A stretch of DNA of 64,000 nt from an uncultured virus (IMG/VR IMGVR_UViG_3300006754_000007) (IMGVR_UViG_3300006754_000007); one strand, 5' to 3'; counted from the first letter of the stretch, positions 18,370 through 28,677 are shown. Numbers and translations: made by a program. The notes: generated by a model from the sequence alone, not told the origin.

Positions 18370-18702
18370 ATGATTCCGTTCTACCAACAGAGCGTGATTA
18401 TTCGCACGACTATCCGCATGATGGATGTCCGTCCTCGCGTTTCGCTTATGGAGGATGAACCCCTGGTATTCGCCAAGGGGAAGATAGACATGCGACAACG
18501 TGCCACAAGCACGGCCAAGCCAGTCCGATTTCGGGTGCAGGTGCAGGTGTACGAAGACGGGACCTTCGACATCCTCGACTTCAACACCGTCAAGATGGTG
18601 AGCGGGTCCGGGACAGATGAGGTGTTGGAGGTCTACGAGTTGGCTTTTTCGGATGCCTTGATCGACACAGACCTGAAGCTGCTGGGGGTGAGGCGTGCAT
18701 AA
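18370..18702 (+). CDS. Hypothetical protein
   Basis: ORF overlapping the next gene; start uncertain. Confidence 0.5.
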   Translation: MIPFYQQSVIIRTTIRMMDVRPRVSLMEDEPLVFAKGKIDMRQRATSTAKPVRFRVQVQVYEDGTFDILDFNTVKMVSGSGTDEVLEVYELAFSDALIDTDLKLLGVRRA

Positions 18703-19753
18703 AGACGCCCATAGCTACTCCATTGGCGACAGGATTCTTCCCTTGGAAGCAGCCCTGGAAGACGTGGATCGAAACCACACTCTTGTAGGCGAAAGGGCTG
18801 AGGTTTCCCAAGCAGCCGGGGGTGACCTTCTTGATAAGAAGGGGCGTGCCGGTCTCATCACAGGGGTCATCCTCCGCTTAGGCGTGGTGATTGGGTACGA
18901 GGTAGAGCTTCAAGGGAAGCCGTACATCGGCTCCAAGAAGGACTACTACGTCGGGCATCAACTCCTGGAGGACATCCAGCCGCCTACCCCGACATCAGCC
19001 GCAGTTCGAGAGGGGCTATCCCACTGGGCTGAGCAACGAGATTACTGGGGACCCTCGTTGGGGGGTGTTGAGGCCCTTTGCTTTGCGCTGGCAACCGCCA
19101 CACCCCAAGCAGCCCTGGAAATCCTTGATGGGGGGTGGCGGTTCAAGGTGCCAGAGCCTCAAGGGATGGGCAGGTACACGAGTGTTGATTGTCGAACGGT
19201 GTTGCAGTCCCCGAACGTCTGGGCCATGAGCCGAACGGTTTATCCCACGGCGGGTGCGGAGTTCGAGGCTCCCCGGATTCCAGACCACTGGGCACGAGTG
19301 TTTGACTGGTCCTTCGTCATTGGGAGCGGCTTGCTTCAGCAGGGTTATCCTTGGGGTGGTGCCCTCCGGGGTCTCGCACTTCGAGCTAAAGCCTCTGCGG
19401 AAGTCTTGAGGCCCCTCTTCATCCTGACATTGGAGAAGGCCCTCGAAGCACGAGAGGAACTTTTCCCCGGTGAGTTCGCCCTCATTGGTGGCCCAAACAG
19501 CATGAGTGTGGGCTTCTCAAAGATTCGGTTGCCCCCAGGAACTGTGGGGCTGACTGAACAACCGACTGACCGCAGGCCCTACACGGTGGTGTCTGTTTCG
19601 CCTGCTGCGAGCAAGAGCTTGGAGTACCTGAAGCAGGTCGTGCTTCACGAGTGCCTGCACATAGTGGTCGCTTCCGCTGGGGGAGACCCTCACAACGAGA
19701 TGTTCGATGCTTTGGCAGCCAAGTTGGGCTTGAAGCCCGAGTACCGGGACTGA
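18695..19753 (+). CDS. Protein with C-terminal SprT-like zincin domain
   Basis: VVLHECLHIVV..PHNEMF. Confidence 0.7.
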   Translation: MHKDAHSYSIGDRILPLEAALEDVDRNHTLVGERAEVSQAAGGDLLDKKGRAGLITGVILRLGVVIGYEVELQGKPYIGSKKDYYVGHQLLEDIQPPTPTSAAVREGLSHWAEQRDYWGPSLGGVEALCFALATATPQAALEILDGGWRFKVPEPQGMGRYTSVDCRTVLQSPNVWAMSRTVYPTAGAEFEAPRIPDHWARVFDWSFVIGSGLLQQGYPWGGALRGLALRAKASAEVLRPLFILTLEKALEAREELFPGEFALIGGPNSMSVGFSKIRLPPGTVGLTEQPTDRRPYTVVSVSPAASKSLEYLKQVVLHECLHIVVASAGGDPHNEMFDALAAKLGLKPEYRD

Positions 19754-19754
19754 C

Positions 19755-21779
19755 ATGAAGGCGGCATCTGCAAGGAGGGTGGCTCTGCGCCACACCAAGA
19801 CTGCGTGCGTGGTAGCGATTGCAGACATTGAGGGAGAAACCATTCTTCTCAAGGTGCGGGACCGCAACTATGTCCCTCGCATCAAGGTGGTGCGAGAGTT
19901 GGCCGCTGGCACCGAGATTGCCCATGTTTACGACACCTGGACTGGTTGGTCTGAGGGCATCAATGAACACGGCATCAGTTTGGTCAGTTCCGCGCTTTTG
20001 GTCGAGGTAGACGAGGGGGAGAAGAAAACGACTGATGGGAATAGCGGGACGGGCCAGAAGATCCGAGAGATTCTCGGTGCCAAGACCATGGACGCAGCCA
20101 TCGAAATCATCATGGGAAACGTGGTGAAGGGATGCACCATCATCTCCGATGGCAACTCTTCGGTTCTTGTTGAGTTCGACGGCAACAAGGACAAGGGAGG
20201 GGCAGACCCCATCCTGAAGCACCTCAAGAAGAAAGTGGTGCTGAGTCGAACCAACCACGGGGTTTTCCTTGAAGGTTCTGGCTACACAAAAGACTACAAG
20301 GGCGGTGACGACCTCAAGTCCTCGAAGGAGCGTAAAGAGACCTCCGAGAAGGTGTTGGAAGAGGTGGAAGAGGTATCTGACGTTGCTGCCGCAATGGCCC
20401 GCGCCAGAAAGAAGGACCGCGAGCACCCCAACAATGCAATCCGGGCGACGGACAACATGTTCACCTCGACCCAGATTCTCATGCGCCCTGAAGCCAAGAC
20501 GATGGCGGTTTACCTGATTCCACGGGAAGTGGATTTCCTGGGAGTGGAGAACAGGCTCCCCAAGAAGAGGAAGCCTCAAATCAACATCGAGGTTTTTGAC
20601 TTCGAGGACTGGGATTCCGAGGACCCTGTTCCGGTCGCCTTAGAGGGAGACCTCGAAGTATTCAGGCTGTTCACCTACGGGTCAATGATGGGGAAGCCTT
20701 CCCACCCAAAGGATGTGGTTCGTTCTTACAAGGCAACCTTGAAGGGCCATCACAGAGCCTACAACCGCGCCAGCCAATCGCGTGGGGACACCCTTGTGAT
20801 GGGCACCGAGAAGGGTGGCGACATCGAGGGTGTGGTCCACGAATACCCTGTGGAGATAGCTCACAGGATGTTGGGGCAGGTGGATCGGCGGGAAGGATTC
20901 CGTACCGAGCGGGACCGCAGCTTGAACGCCTACACACGAGGCCACTTCGCGGTCGAGGTGAAGGGGGAAGACCCCGTGTGGGCGGTTGCATACCTGAGCA
21001 ACTCGAAGGGACCCAGCTACCTGAAGCCGCTCACCGTTGACCAAGCAGTGAAGCGCATCGAGAGCGAAGGCTCGCCGTCCCAAAAGTATCTCCGTCACAT
21101 CGAGGAAGCCCTCAAAGAGTACAAGTGCAAGGACTCTTACGTTTCCGACATCGCCAAGAAGGTGGGGAAGGCCCAGGCCAAGAAGGTGGCTCGACGGTAC
21201 GCCACAAGGGAGTTGGAGCTTCACCTGTACGACTTCGACGGCACCCTGTTCAAGTCGCCCCTCAAGCCCGACTGGTGGGGAAAGAAGTCCTGGTGGATTG
21301 AGCCAGAGTCACTGGGGCCACCGTGCGTGCCCTTGAAGCCAGGGTCAAGTTGGTGGATCGGTAAAACGGTTGCGGATGCCAAGAGGAGTATCTCTGACTC
21401 AAGCGTGTGGGCGATCCTATGTACGGGTCGCGCTGACACAGGCTCTCTCCGGTATCGGGTTGCAGAACTGCTGAAGCAGCAAGGTTTGAGTTTCGATGAG
21501 GTCTACTTGTCTAAGGGGGGCCAGGACGCGCCCTCCATGTACAAGGTCAATGTGATGTCGAAGATACTGGACAGGTTTCCCAACATCGCCACCGTTCAGA
21601 TTTGGGAGGACACCAACCTCTCGAAGTACGTCCGTTACATCGAGTCCACAGGACGGACTTGCATCCCCCATCCCGTCAAGGTGCCGCCCCATGAAGTGGA
21701 ATGCACCAAGGAAGACATGGAAAGAATGGTCGAAGAGGGTTGGTCGAGATGGCAGAAGGTGGGGGCTGAAAAACCTTGA
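19755..21779 (+). CDS. Tagged three-domain protein: Ntn hydrolase (C45/CBAH-like), gamma-glutamylcyclotransferase (ChaC-like), HAD phosphatase (RNA-repair Swiss-army-knife-like)
   Basis: RRVALRHTKTA-CVVAI..KVRDR..EGINEHG..RTNHG; LFTYGSMM..DRREG; KKVARRY..LYDFDGTLFKSP..LCTGR..IWED. Confidence 0.8.
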   Translation: MKAASARRVALRHTKTACVVAIADIEGETILLKVRDRNYVPRIKVVRELAAGTEIAHVYDTWTGWSEGINEHGISLVSSALLVEVDEGEKKTTDGNSGTGQKIREILGAKTMDAAIEIIMGNVVKGCTIISDGNSSVLVEFDGNKDKGGADPILKHLKKKVVLSRTNHGVFLEGSGYTKDYKGGDDLKSSKERKETSEKVLEEVEEVSDVAAAMARARKKDREHPNNAIRATDNMFTSTQILMRPEAKTMAVYLIPREVDFLGVENRLPKKRKPQINIEVFDFEDWDSEDPVPVALEGDLEVFRLFTYGSMMGKPSHPKDVVRSYKATLKGHHRAYNRASQSRGDTLVMGTEKGGDIEGVVHEYPVEIAHRMLGQVDRREGFRTERDRSLNAYTRGHFAVEVKGEDPVWAVAYLSNSKGPSYLKPLTVDQAVKRIESEGSPSQKYLRHIEEALKEYKCKDSYVSDIAKKVGKAQAKKVARRYATRELELHLYDFDGTLFKSPLKPDWWGKKSWWIEPESLGPPCVPLKPGSSWWIGKTVADAKRSISDSSVWAILCTGRADTGSLRYRVAELLKQQGLSFDEVYLSKGGQDAPSMYKVNVMSKILDRFPNIATVQIWEDTNLSKYVRYIESTGRTCIPHPVKVPPHEVECTKEDMERMVEEGWSRWQKVGAEKP

Positions 21780-22043
21780 TTTGCGGATCCGGGTTAGCTG
21801 ATTCGGGCTTGCTTTGAGGAAGTTGCTGTAGTCTTCCCGTGTGCTTCAAAAAGCTAAGTGCTTGATATTACTGGATAAATAAGCCTTATTGCTTCCAGCA
21901 ACATCTCTGGGTGGGTCCTACAAATGCCGAGATAGACATGCGATGATTTCTGACAGCCGGGGTCCAAAAAAAATCAAGAAACCTTTAGGGGGGCCTCCGA
22001 ATCAAGCCGCCAACGTAGAAGAAGGGGTGCAAAGGAGGCACCC

Positions 22044-22385
22044 ATGATTCTCAAACCGGACGGCACCATTGAGTCTGCCCCGTCAGACGCTGAGATCACA
22101 TTGAGGGCGGCGAAGACTGCCCTGAACGGCGGCTACTTGGAAGCCGTTACGACAGTCATTCCTGGCGTTCAAGTCTATGTAGATGAAGATGGACTCGCCA
22201 AAGACTTGCCCTTCAACTTGCTCGCCTCGTGCTTGTGCAAGCGGAACATTGTCGGCGCTGCCGTGGTGTTTCGTATTGGGGCAGAGGGAGAGTCCTTCCC
22301 CCTCACGGCTGAAGAACAACGGTCACTTCGGGTGGCGCTGGAAGAAGCGGCCAAAGAGTACATGGACGGCTTTGCCCAAGCCTGA
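22044..22385 (+). CDS. DUF3846-like protein
   Basis: GGYLEAV..YVDEDGL.K.LP.N.LAS..IVGAAV. Confidence 0.7.
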   Translation: MILKPDGTIESAPSDAEITLRAAKTALNGGYLEAVTTVIPGVQVYVDEDGLAKDLPFNLLASCLCKRNIVGAAVVFRIGAEGESFPLTAEEQRSLRVALEEAAKEYMDGFAQA

Positions 22386-22472
22386 GAGGTCCTGAATAGC
22401 GATAGTTCGCCTATCTACCGCTGGAGTCAGAAGCAGATTTATGCTTACTATGGAACAGGGATTCCTTCAGCC

Positions 22473-22853
22473 ATGAGGTCACTGATGGGCGAAGATCGAT
22501 GGGGTAGGAGCATCAACCAACAGACTTTCCATCGCCATAACGGCAAGGACCTTCCCGAGGGCACCCTGGTTCTGGAGCCTCGCACTACCTACGACCGAGC
22601 CATTGTGGGAAGCGTTGAGGCCAACGGTGAGCGCGTCACGGTTTACCGCCGACCGCTGCTGGTGAAAGCCCTCATGGACCACGAAGAGATGCGGTGGACC
22701 GAAGCCGAAGAGTGGGTGTCCCACAACACAGAGGGCGCATACGTTGGCCCTGGCACCCCCTACGTCACGGAACTCGATGTCGCCACGCTCAGCGGGGAAC
22801 TCGAAACAGTACCTGCTGATTGTTCCTCATGTTTCCTGTTATTCAAGTCTTGA
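22473..22853 (+). CDS. Hypothetical phage protein
   Basis: DRAIVG..EAEEWVSHNTEGAYVGPGTP. Confidence 0.6.
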   Translation: MRSLMGEDRWGRSINQQTFHRHNGKDLPEGTLVLEPRTTYDRAIVGSVEANGERVTVYRRPLLVKALMDHEEMRWTEAEEWVSHNTEGAYVGPGTPYVTELDVATLSGELETVPADCSSCFLLFKS

Positions 22854-22869
22854 TGCCCAGAGGCCGACA

Positions 22870-23286
22870 CTAAAGCCTGTAGGTGTGGGGCACGTTGTCC
22901 ATCCCCGTCGCATGTCGGAAGTACATCATGAAGCCAATGAGGCCCTCGATGCCGCCGAAGCGGGTCATCACGTCGTCCCGATGACAAGCTCCATAGCCGT
23001 AGCGTAGACCTACCCTGGCCCACCCATCCGGGCGCTGGAGGGGCTTCTCGCCCCGGTAGACACGGCACTCGTCAATAAGGTCAGCCAGCTTCCTGCGAGC
23101 CTTCCAGCGGCGATTACCGCCCCAGGAACCAGCCTCTACGGCCTTTGTGCAGACCGCAAGCCAGTTGTACTGCTCACGCAGCTTGGCTGTGAGACGCTTC
23201 TCCAGAAGAGCCTGCACCTGTTGAACCTTGTTGGGGTCAGTGCCAGCAGGAATGCCTCTGCCTTGGTAAAGCCTTTCGATAATCAT
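22870..23286 (-). CDS. Hypothetical protein
   Basis: Last gene of a minus-strand cluster. Confidence 0.6.
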   Translation of the reverse strand: MIIERLYQGRGIPAGTDPNKVQQVQALLEKRLTAKLREQYNWLAVCTKAVEAGSWGGNRRWKARRKLADLIDECRVYRGEKPLQRPDGWARVGLRYGYGACHRDDVMTRFGGIEGLIGFMMYFRHATGMDNVPHTYRL

Positions 23287-23295
23287 GGTGAACCT

Positions 23296-23646
23296 CTATC
23301 CAAAGGTGGGAACGCCGTTGTCCCATCTGGGGTACATACCGAGTGTCGGACAGCCGCACAGTTCCCAGCCAACATAGGCCCCCTTCCAGGTGAGATACGA
23401 GTGAGCGTACTCTTCGCGGCCAGTGCGAAGTGTCCGGTTCCGGTTCTCCACGAGTCCGTGCGTCCCAAGCGCCCTGGCGACCCGAGGGTCAAGGTAGTGT
23501 TCAGTATTTCCGGGACCGGAGCCTCCCCTGAAGTGTTGGCAGTGTGCGAACATCACCTTGATGGCAAGCGTCTGTGCCGGGGTGAGGTCTGGGAAGGACC
23601 GTAGCGAGGACGGTCCAACACCGTCGATGATAGGGATGGCTGACAT
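23296..23646 (-). CDS. Hypothetical protein
   Basis: Start MSAIPII abuts the upstream stop. Confidence 0.55.
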   Translation of the reverse strand: MSAIPIIDGVGPSSLRSFPDLTPAQTLAIKVMFAHCQHFRGGSGPGNTEHYLDPRVARALGTHGLVENRNRTLRTGREEYAHSYLTWKGAYVGWELCGCPTLGMYPRWDNGVPTFG

Positions 23647-23648
23647 GC

Positions 23649-23915
23649 CTAACTCCGAGTTTCGGGGTTGGTGGGTTCGTCGTACTGTAGGAAGCCGTCG
23701 GAAGCGGCACACTCTGAGGTGCCTGTGATTCCGCAGAGGCGGCACTTGAAGGGGAAGACCACTTCCCAATCGCCATCCTCTTCCGGGCCGTCCTTGATGG
23801 TCGGACGCCCCATCCAAATGTCGTGGCTCCCCTCTTCATCCTTGGGGCAGATGGCATCATCGTCCCACATCGTGAATAGGGTGCCTTCGTCAGTCTCGGT
23901 GATCTCGATTCCCAT
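23649..23915 (-). CDS. Small acidic Cys-containing protein
   Basis: GGAGG RBS; ICP..H..CRLCG. Confidence 0.6.
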   Translation of the reverse strand: MGIEITETDEGTLFTMWDDDAICPKDEEGSHDIWMGRPTIKDGPEEDGDWEVVFPFKCRLCGITGTSECAASDGFLQYDEPTNPETRS

Positions 23916-23917
23916 GG

Positions 23918-24370
23918 TTACCTCCCAAGCCTTTTGCAGTACTTGTACGCCTCGTCTTCGGTGACTTCGCGCCCAAGCTCTCTAAAGAGGGTCTTCAACT
24001 GCCGCATCAACCCACGGTAACGACGGTTAGACTCCGTGCGGCTCAGTTCGCCATCACAGGTCAGGTTCTCGGGGCTGAGGTTGCAGAAGCAAATGTCGAT
24101 GGCCCGCATCAGTTCTTCTTCCGACCTTTGGACATTGCCAGGAATGGTCAGCGCAGGCTCCGACCGCACAGGTTCCCCGCCAGCCGTGACGGGCGTACAC
24201 AGCGAGGGGTGACAGCGCCAGATGCCGCCAACCTTATGGGCCTTGTACATGCCCCGAGGTTCAAGCAGCTTGATCTTCAGGCTCTTGCGGTTGACCTTGA
24301 CTACCTCGCCAAGGCTTTGCTGACCGTTTTTCCGGCCAAAATGGACTTTATCTCCGACGATGAACGACAT
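23918..24370 (-). CDS. Hypothetical protein (SH3-like N-terminus; LSPENLTCDGE motif)
   Basis: AAGGAGG RBS; VGDKVHF..GEVVKVNRK. Confidence 0.7.
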   Translation of the reverse strand: MSFIVGDKVHFGRKNGQQSLGEVVKVNRKSLKIKLLEPRGMYKAHKVGGIWRCHPSLCTPVTAGGEPVRSEPALTIPGNVQRSEEELMRAIDICFCNLSPENLTCDGELSRTESNRRYRGLMRQLKTLFRELGREVTEDEAYKYCKRLGR

Positions 24371-24392
24371 GTTTCGCCCTCCTTAGGCTCTC

Positions 24393-24418
24393 TACGGGGC
24401 AGCGGGAGAGCCGGAACC
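24393..24418 (-). promoter_or_regulatory. Class I motif GGTTCC-N16-CGTA
   Basis: Exact match; back-to-back with a plus-strand variant at 24433-24458. Confidence 0.7.
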
Positions 24419-24467
24419 CCCTGCTCAACGGGGGTTGGTACACACAGCCCGGAACGTAAGAGAGAGT

Positions 24468-24830
24468 ATGAAGTTCAGGAAAGGCGATTGGGTTGAGTTG
24501 AGGCGGGACATCATGGGGGATGAGACCAGCCTGATGGGCTTTCGCCCAGTCTCAGAAGAGGAATGGGTGCTCTGGAAGTCAGCCCATGGCCGCAAGAAGG
24601 GGGCGCACTCGATCCGTGCCGGGGAGGAGCAGCCTCCCCGAACCAAGAAGCTCCCTGTCCATATCGGGGTCCAATACAAGGTCTCAAAGGCCAGATGCAC
24701 GATGAAGAGCTATGACGGCTTCGCCTTGATGGACCAGATGTGCGCCATCCTGGACCCCTTTTCGGGACACACGATCTTCATCAAGAGGGACTACATGATC
24801 GTGTGTCCAGTGCAGGCACTCTTGCAGTAG
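24468..24830 (+). CDS. Hypothetical protein
   Basis: MKFRKGDWV; variant class I motif upstream. Confidence 0.6.
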   Translation: MKFRKGDWVELRRDIMGDETSLMGFRPVSEEEWVLWKSAHGRKKGAHSIRAGEEQPPRTKKLPVHIGVQYKVSKARCTMKSYDGFALMDQMCAILDPFSGHTIFIKRDYMIVCPVQALLQ

Positions 24831-24939
24831 CCACGCGGTAGGGAGCCGATACTGGGGGTAAGGGGAATGGAGGTTCCCCATGCCCACCAATGATGGACCC
24901 ACCCCGAGTCGTTTCCTCGCTTGGCTGGGGAGATAGGGC

Positions 24940-25929
24940 ATGAAACTCGGAGTCTGGCACGAAGCCATCGTCGGCAAACCCGGCACGGACGAGAACACTT
25001 TCAGGGACTACGCAGGGCAGTACGTCCAGTTCATCAAGGACAACAACATCGAGCGGGCGTTCTTCATCATGATGGACCCCGGAATCCCTGCTGGAACCTA
25101 CGTCAAAGAAGGCTGGCTCCAGAAGTACTGGTTGGAAGCACTGCCTTCGACCTGTCAGGCAGGTCTGGTTCTGGACACTGAGGCCCAGTATCCGTGGCCC
25201 GGAGCGGCCAAGACCTTTGAGCCGGGTGACACGATGGACATGGCGTTCAGGATCGTGGACGACATGAACAGGTCGAGCATCGGCCAAAAGGTCACTTGCC
25301 TCGCCTACGACTACGAGAACGTGAACGTCTACTACGGCAAGGAAGGGGAAGCCTGGATTGAGAAGCTCTGGAAGCAGTACTGGCCCAGCGTGCCTCTCGA
25401 CTATGGCTATGCCCCCAAAGGACCGCCCCCCAACGACCAGGGGAACCACAGCTACCCGGAAATCTACTGGGTCGGAGAGATGGCTGCCTGCGGGTGCAAG
25501 GGCGATGAAGGCCCTGAGTGCCAGTGCCCCAACACCCCCTACTGCAAGAACAACGGTGACCCTGCTGGGTTGCTGGCTGGGGTTTACGGGGACTACATCG
25601 AGAACCACAAGGACTGGCTCTCCCAGCCTAACGTCTGGCCGATGTTCTCCCTGGAGTGTCTCTCGAAGCCCGCTTGCGTGGCCGCCCCGTACACCAGCCA
25701 CAACGCCTGCGGAATCATGGACGCCTTCGGGACATGGTCCAAAGCAGACTTCCTGAGTTTCCTGGATGCCCTGGAATCCAAGTACGGCATCAAGCAAGCC
25801 ATGATGTACGAGTGGCAGTACGTCCCTGAAGCATGGCTCAACGAAGCGGTGGTGGAAGAAGTCCAGGAACCCTGGTGGAGCAGGTGGCTGTGCAAGCTGC
25901 TTTCCTGGATGGGAGCAGAAATCAAGTGA
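24940..25929 (+). CDS. Cys/aromatic-rich hypothetical protein, possibly TIM-barrel hydrolase-like
   Basis: 329-aa ORF; LAYDYE, YPEIY; function speculative. Confidence 0.7.
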   Translation: MKLGVWHEAIVGKPGTDENTFRDYAGQYVQFIKDNNIERAFFIMMDPGIPAGTYVKEGWLQKYWLEALPSTCQAGLVLDTEAQYPWPGAAKTFEPGDTMDMAFRIVDDMNRSSIGQKVTCLAYDYENVNVYYGKEGEAWIEKLWKQYWPSVPLDYGYAPKGPPPNDQGNHSYPEIYWVGEMAACGCKGDEGPECQCPNTPYCKNNGDPAGLLAGVYGDYIENHKDWLSQPNVWPMFSLECLSKPACVAAPYTSHNACGIMDAFGTWSKADFLSFLDALESKYGIKQAMMYEWQYVPEAWLNEAVVEEVQEPWWSRWLCKLLSWMGAEIK

Positions 25930-26303
25930 GCTTCAAGTTCCCGGTCTTCGTGGACAACAGCAAGCTCCCAGCGTTCCTGAGTAAGCTCTCCCCCATCAAC
26001 ATCTACGCCATCAGCCTTGGGCTGTTCGTGTTCTGCCGCGAGGTCCTTTCAGACCGGGGAAGGCAGCACGAGACCATCCATTACAGGCAGTGGATGGAGC
26101 TTTTGCTTGTGGGATTCATGCTCCTGTACCCGCTGTTCTGGCTCATCCTGCTGATTCGGCACAAGGACGGAGCCAAGGCGTACAAGCTCATCCCCTTTGA
26201 GGTTGAGGCGTACACGCACGAGCACGACGAGGGCTACCTGGACAACCGGCCCTGGTTTGGCTGGTGGAAGTACCGGGGAACCCTGGCGGGCAAAGATGTA
26301 TGA
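25926..26303 (+). CDS. Membrane protein with HExxH motif
   Basis: QHETIHYRQW..hydrophobic..AY..IPFEVEAY. Confidence 0.7.
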   Translation: MSFKFPVFVDNSKLPAFLSKLSPINIYAISLGLFVFCREVLSDRGRQHETIHYRQWMELLLVGFMLLYPLFWLILLIRHKDGAKAYKLIPFEVEAYTHEHDEGYLDNRPWFGWWKYRGTLAGKDV

Positions 26304-26306
26304 GCG

Positions 26307-26897
26307 GTGATGGGGACCCCCGTAGAGGTCCCCGCCTGTGCTCTAAAGCTCTTCCTTCGGCTCACCGAACCACTCCCCTGTGGGAGTCTTTCGGGTGAAG
26401 CCGATGTCATCGAGCGCATCTCGCCAGACCTGTCTCCAGACTTGCCGCATGGCGGTGACTGGAGGGTACTTGTCCGTCGCAAAGAGTTCATTCAAGCGCG
26501 GTACGAGCGCCTCCATGATTCTCTGGTCGCAAGCCAACCCGTTAGGGAAGTACTTGCGAGGGGACATGGGCCTGATCCAAGAAACGTAGTCACGAGCAGT
26601 AACGGCCTCGTAAGAGCCGTCCTGCCGCAGAATCCCGAGACAGCGCATTTCCGGCGAAATGCCGGGTCGATGACTATTCCTCGCCCCGGTACGGGGGTTG
26701 ATGTAGTCAATGACGCTGAACAGGGGCCTCTCTGCATCTATCATCTCGTAGTATGGGTCCACAATCAATCCTATGATTGGGGTTGGCGTGGGCATCCCCT
26801 CACGCTGGGTTGGCACTGGGCCGGGTTGTATATCGGAGCCAGGGAGCGGGTCTCACTCCCTACCGCATTTTGCGGCGACGATGACGCTTGGCCATAA
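26307..26897 (+). CDS. Hypothetical protein
   Basis: ORF; a competing antisense ORF 26343..26816 exists. Confidence 0.4.
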   Translation: MMGTPVEVPACALKLFLRLTEPLPCGSLSGEADVIERISPDLSPDLPHGGDWRVLVRRKEFIQARYERLHDSLVASQPVREVLARGHGPDPRNVVTSSNGLVRAVLPQNPETAHFRRNAGSMTIPRPGTGVDVVNDAEQGPLCIYHLVVWVHNQSYDWGWRGHPLTLGWHWAGLYIGARERVSLPTAFCGDDDAWP

Positions 26898-27167
26898 AGG
26901 CGACCTCCTTGGTTTTGTGTGCTGTGTGCTGTGTGATTTGAGGTTCTTGCCCTCACCCGACAGAACCGGGGGATTTGGCGATGTGGACATGGCTCCCTGA
27001 TTCAGGGGCTTCGCCAAACAGAACGATACGATGGGACCCTCGTGGACAAAATGCTGCTTCAGGCTCCTCGTCCTGGAAAACGAAGCGTGCTTCAGTTGCG
27101 GAGATGGGTTGCTTCACCCGACAGAACGCATCCCCCATCTGGGCCGGACATGGGTCGGGACCGTGCT

Positions 27168-27935
27168 TCAGGGAGAGGCAGCCTGTTGCTGCGCCATGTG
27201 CTTTTCGAGTGCCTTGGCAGCCGCTTGGCGGCGGCTCCTGCGTTCCTGCTCGCACTCCTCGCAACCACGGGGGAAGGCACTGTGCCCAGAAGGAGCGACC
27301 TCTACGCCCGCAGTCACGGGCCTGTCAGCGTGATGAGGGCACCAATCAAACTGCCACCCGACATCGGACCACTGGTCCTCACGCCATTCCATGTCACTGG
27401 GCACATGAAAGATGATGAGGCCGTGCTCCGCTGACTCCTCTTCCCAGGACATCCCGTCGAACGCGGACAAGCAGAACAAGCCGTAGAACGCTTCTTCATC
27501 TCTGCCTTCGAGGAGGTGTTCCCGGATAGCCCGGAGCATGGGAACCATCAGTTCCTTGATGCGGATGTGCTCATCCGCATAGGTGCCATTCTCCAGGTCT
27601 GTGTACGCTTTGATGTAGTACTGGACCTCTCTCAGGAGACGCAGAGGAGGAGACTTGCTGAAGAAGTAGTTGAGGTTCTGGCGCTTGCTCTCTGCCCGCC
27701 TCTCTTGGCGGCGGTTCCAAGCATCTTCAGGAGTCTCACAGTCCTTGAGCTTCTCCTTCCTTGCCCTGGTGGCGTGCATCAGGAAGTCCTTCATGTCCGC
27801 GAAGCGGGCCACCTCGTGAGCCGCACACTCCTCGATGTACATCTCGTAGTTGAACTCGGGACGAGTAGGCACGGTGATGTCGATGAAGTTTGAGAGGGGT
27901 GCGGTGTAAGCGCCACAGGGTACGGGGAATCGCAT
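27168..27935 (-). CDS. Hypothetical protein
   Basis: GGAGG RBS; 255 aa; C-terminal WCPHH..CEEC. Confidence 0.6.
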   Translation of the reverse strand: MRFPVPCGAYTAPLSNFIDITVPTRPEFNYEMYIEECAAHEVARFADMKDFLMHATRARKEKLKDCETPEDAWNRRQERRAESKRQNLNYFFSKSPPLRLLREVQYYIKAYTDLENGTYADEHIRIKELMVPMLRAIREHLLEGRDEEAFYGLFCLSAFDGMSWEEESAEHGLIIFHVPSDMEWREDQWSDVGWQFDWCPHHADRPVTAGVEVAPSGHSAFPRGCEECEQERRSRRQAAAKALEKHMAQQQAASP

Positions 27936-28427
27936 GAGGAACCTCCGTTGGAAGAGGGGTTTAGAAGTGGGTTCAAGAAGTGGGTTGAAGTGAGTGTTTC
28001 TGGGAAGTTAGGTTCTCCCTGGTGGGGGTTATGAACCCCCCTGATTCGAGGACTTTCGTGGTGGTCCTCGGCACTGAAGTGGTCTGAACATGGTCATCTC
28101 CTGACAGTAGGAACGAGTTGAGTTCGAGGAAACGGACACGAAAGGTGAAGTTTTTTGGAAGTTTCTGAAGAACTGGCTCAGGGAGAGCCAGTGGTGGTCC
28201 TCGGCACTTGAGTTGAAGCGGAATCAGCATGTGGGCCTCCCCCCTACAGAACGGTGTGGAGTAGTGTTCGCGGACATGGGTCACTGAGGTAGAGAGTTGA
28301 GGGTTGAGTTTTTGGACGTTGGCTTTCACAAGTAGGACGCACGGGGCGAACACTCCTGACTGCTCTCACAACTAAAGACGCCGTGAAGTGACGTTGCCGG
28401 ACAGTCTTTTTCAGATTCTTTTGAGGG

Positions 28428-28453
28428 GGTTCCCTGGAGAGGCTGGGGCCGTA
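28428..28453 (+). promoter_or_regulatory. Class I motif GGTTCC-N16-CGTA
   Basis: Exact match upstream of 28474. Confidence 0.7.
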
Positions 28454-28473
28454 GAGAGTCCAAGGAGGCCGTC

Positions 28474-28677
28474 ATGGCTCGTAAGATCAAACATCAGCGT
28501 CAAAAGGGTGAGCGGGCCATTCGCGTCCGCAAGGACATCAAGGCTCAGCGTGGCCTTGACCGTGCAGCCCACTTCGCCGCTGGTGGCACCCTGGCCGCAT
28601 GGCGAGGCATCCACACCGTTGAGCGGAACGCGAAGCGGTATCGTCGCCCTCAAGGTCGCCAAGACCACCAGGAGTAG
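28474..28677 (+). CDS. Small basic protein
   Basis: AAGGAGG RBS; K/R-rich. Confidence 0.65.
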   Translation: MARKIKHQRQKGERAIRVRKDIKAQRGLDRAAHFAAGGTLAAWRGIHTVERNAKRYRRPQGRQDHQE

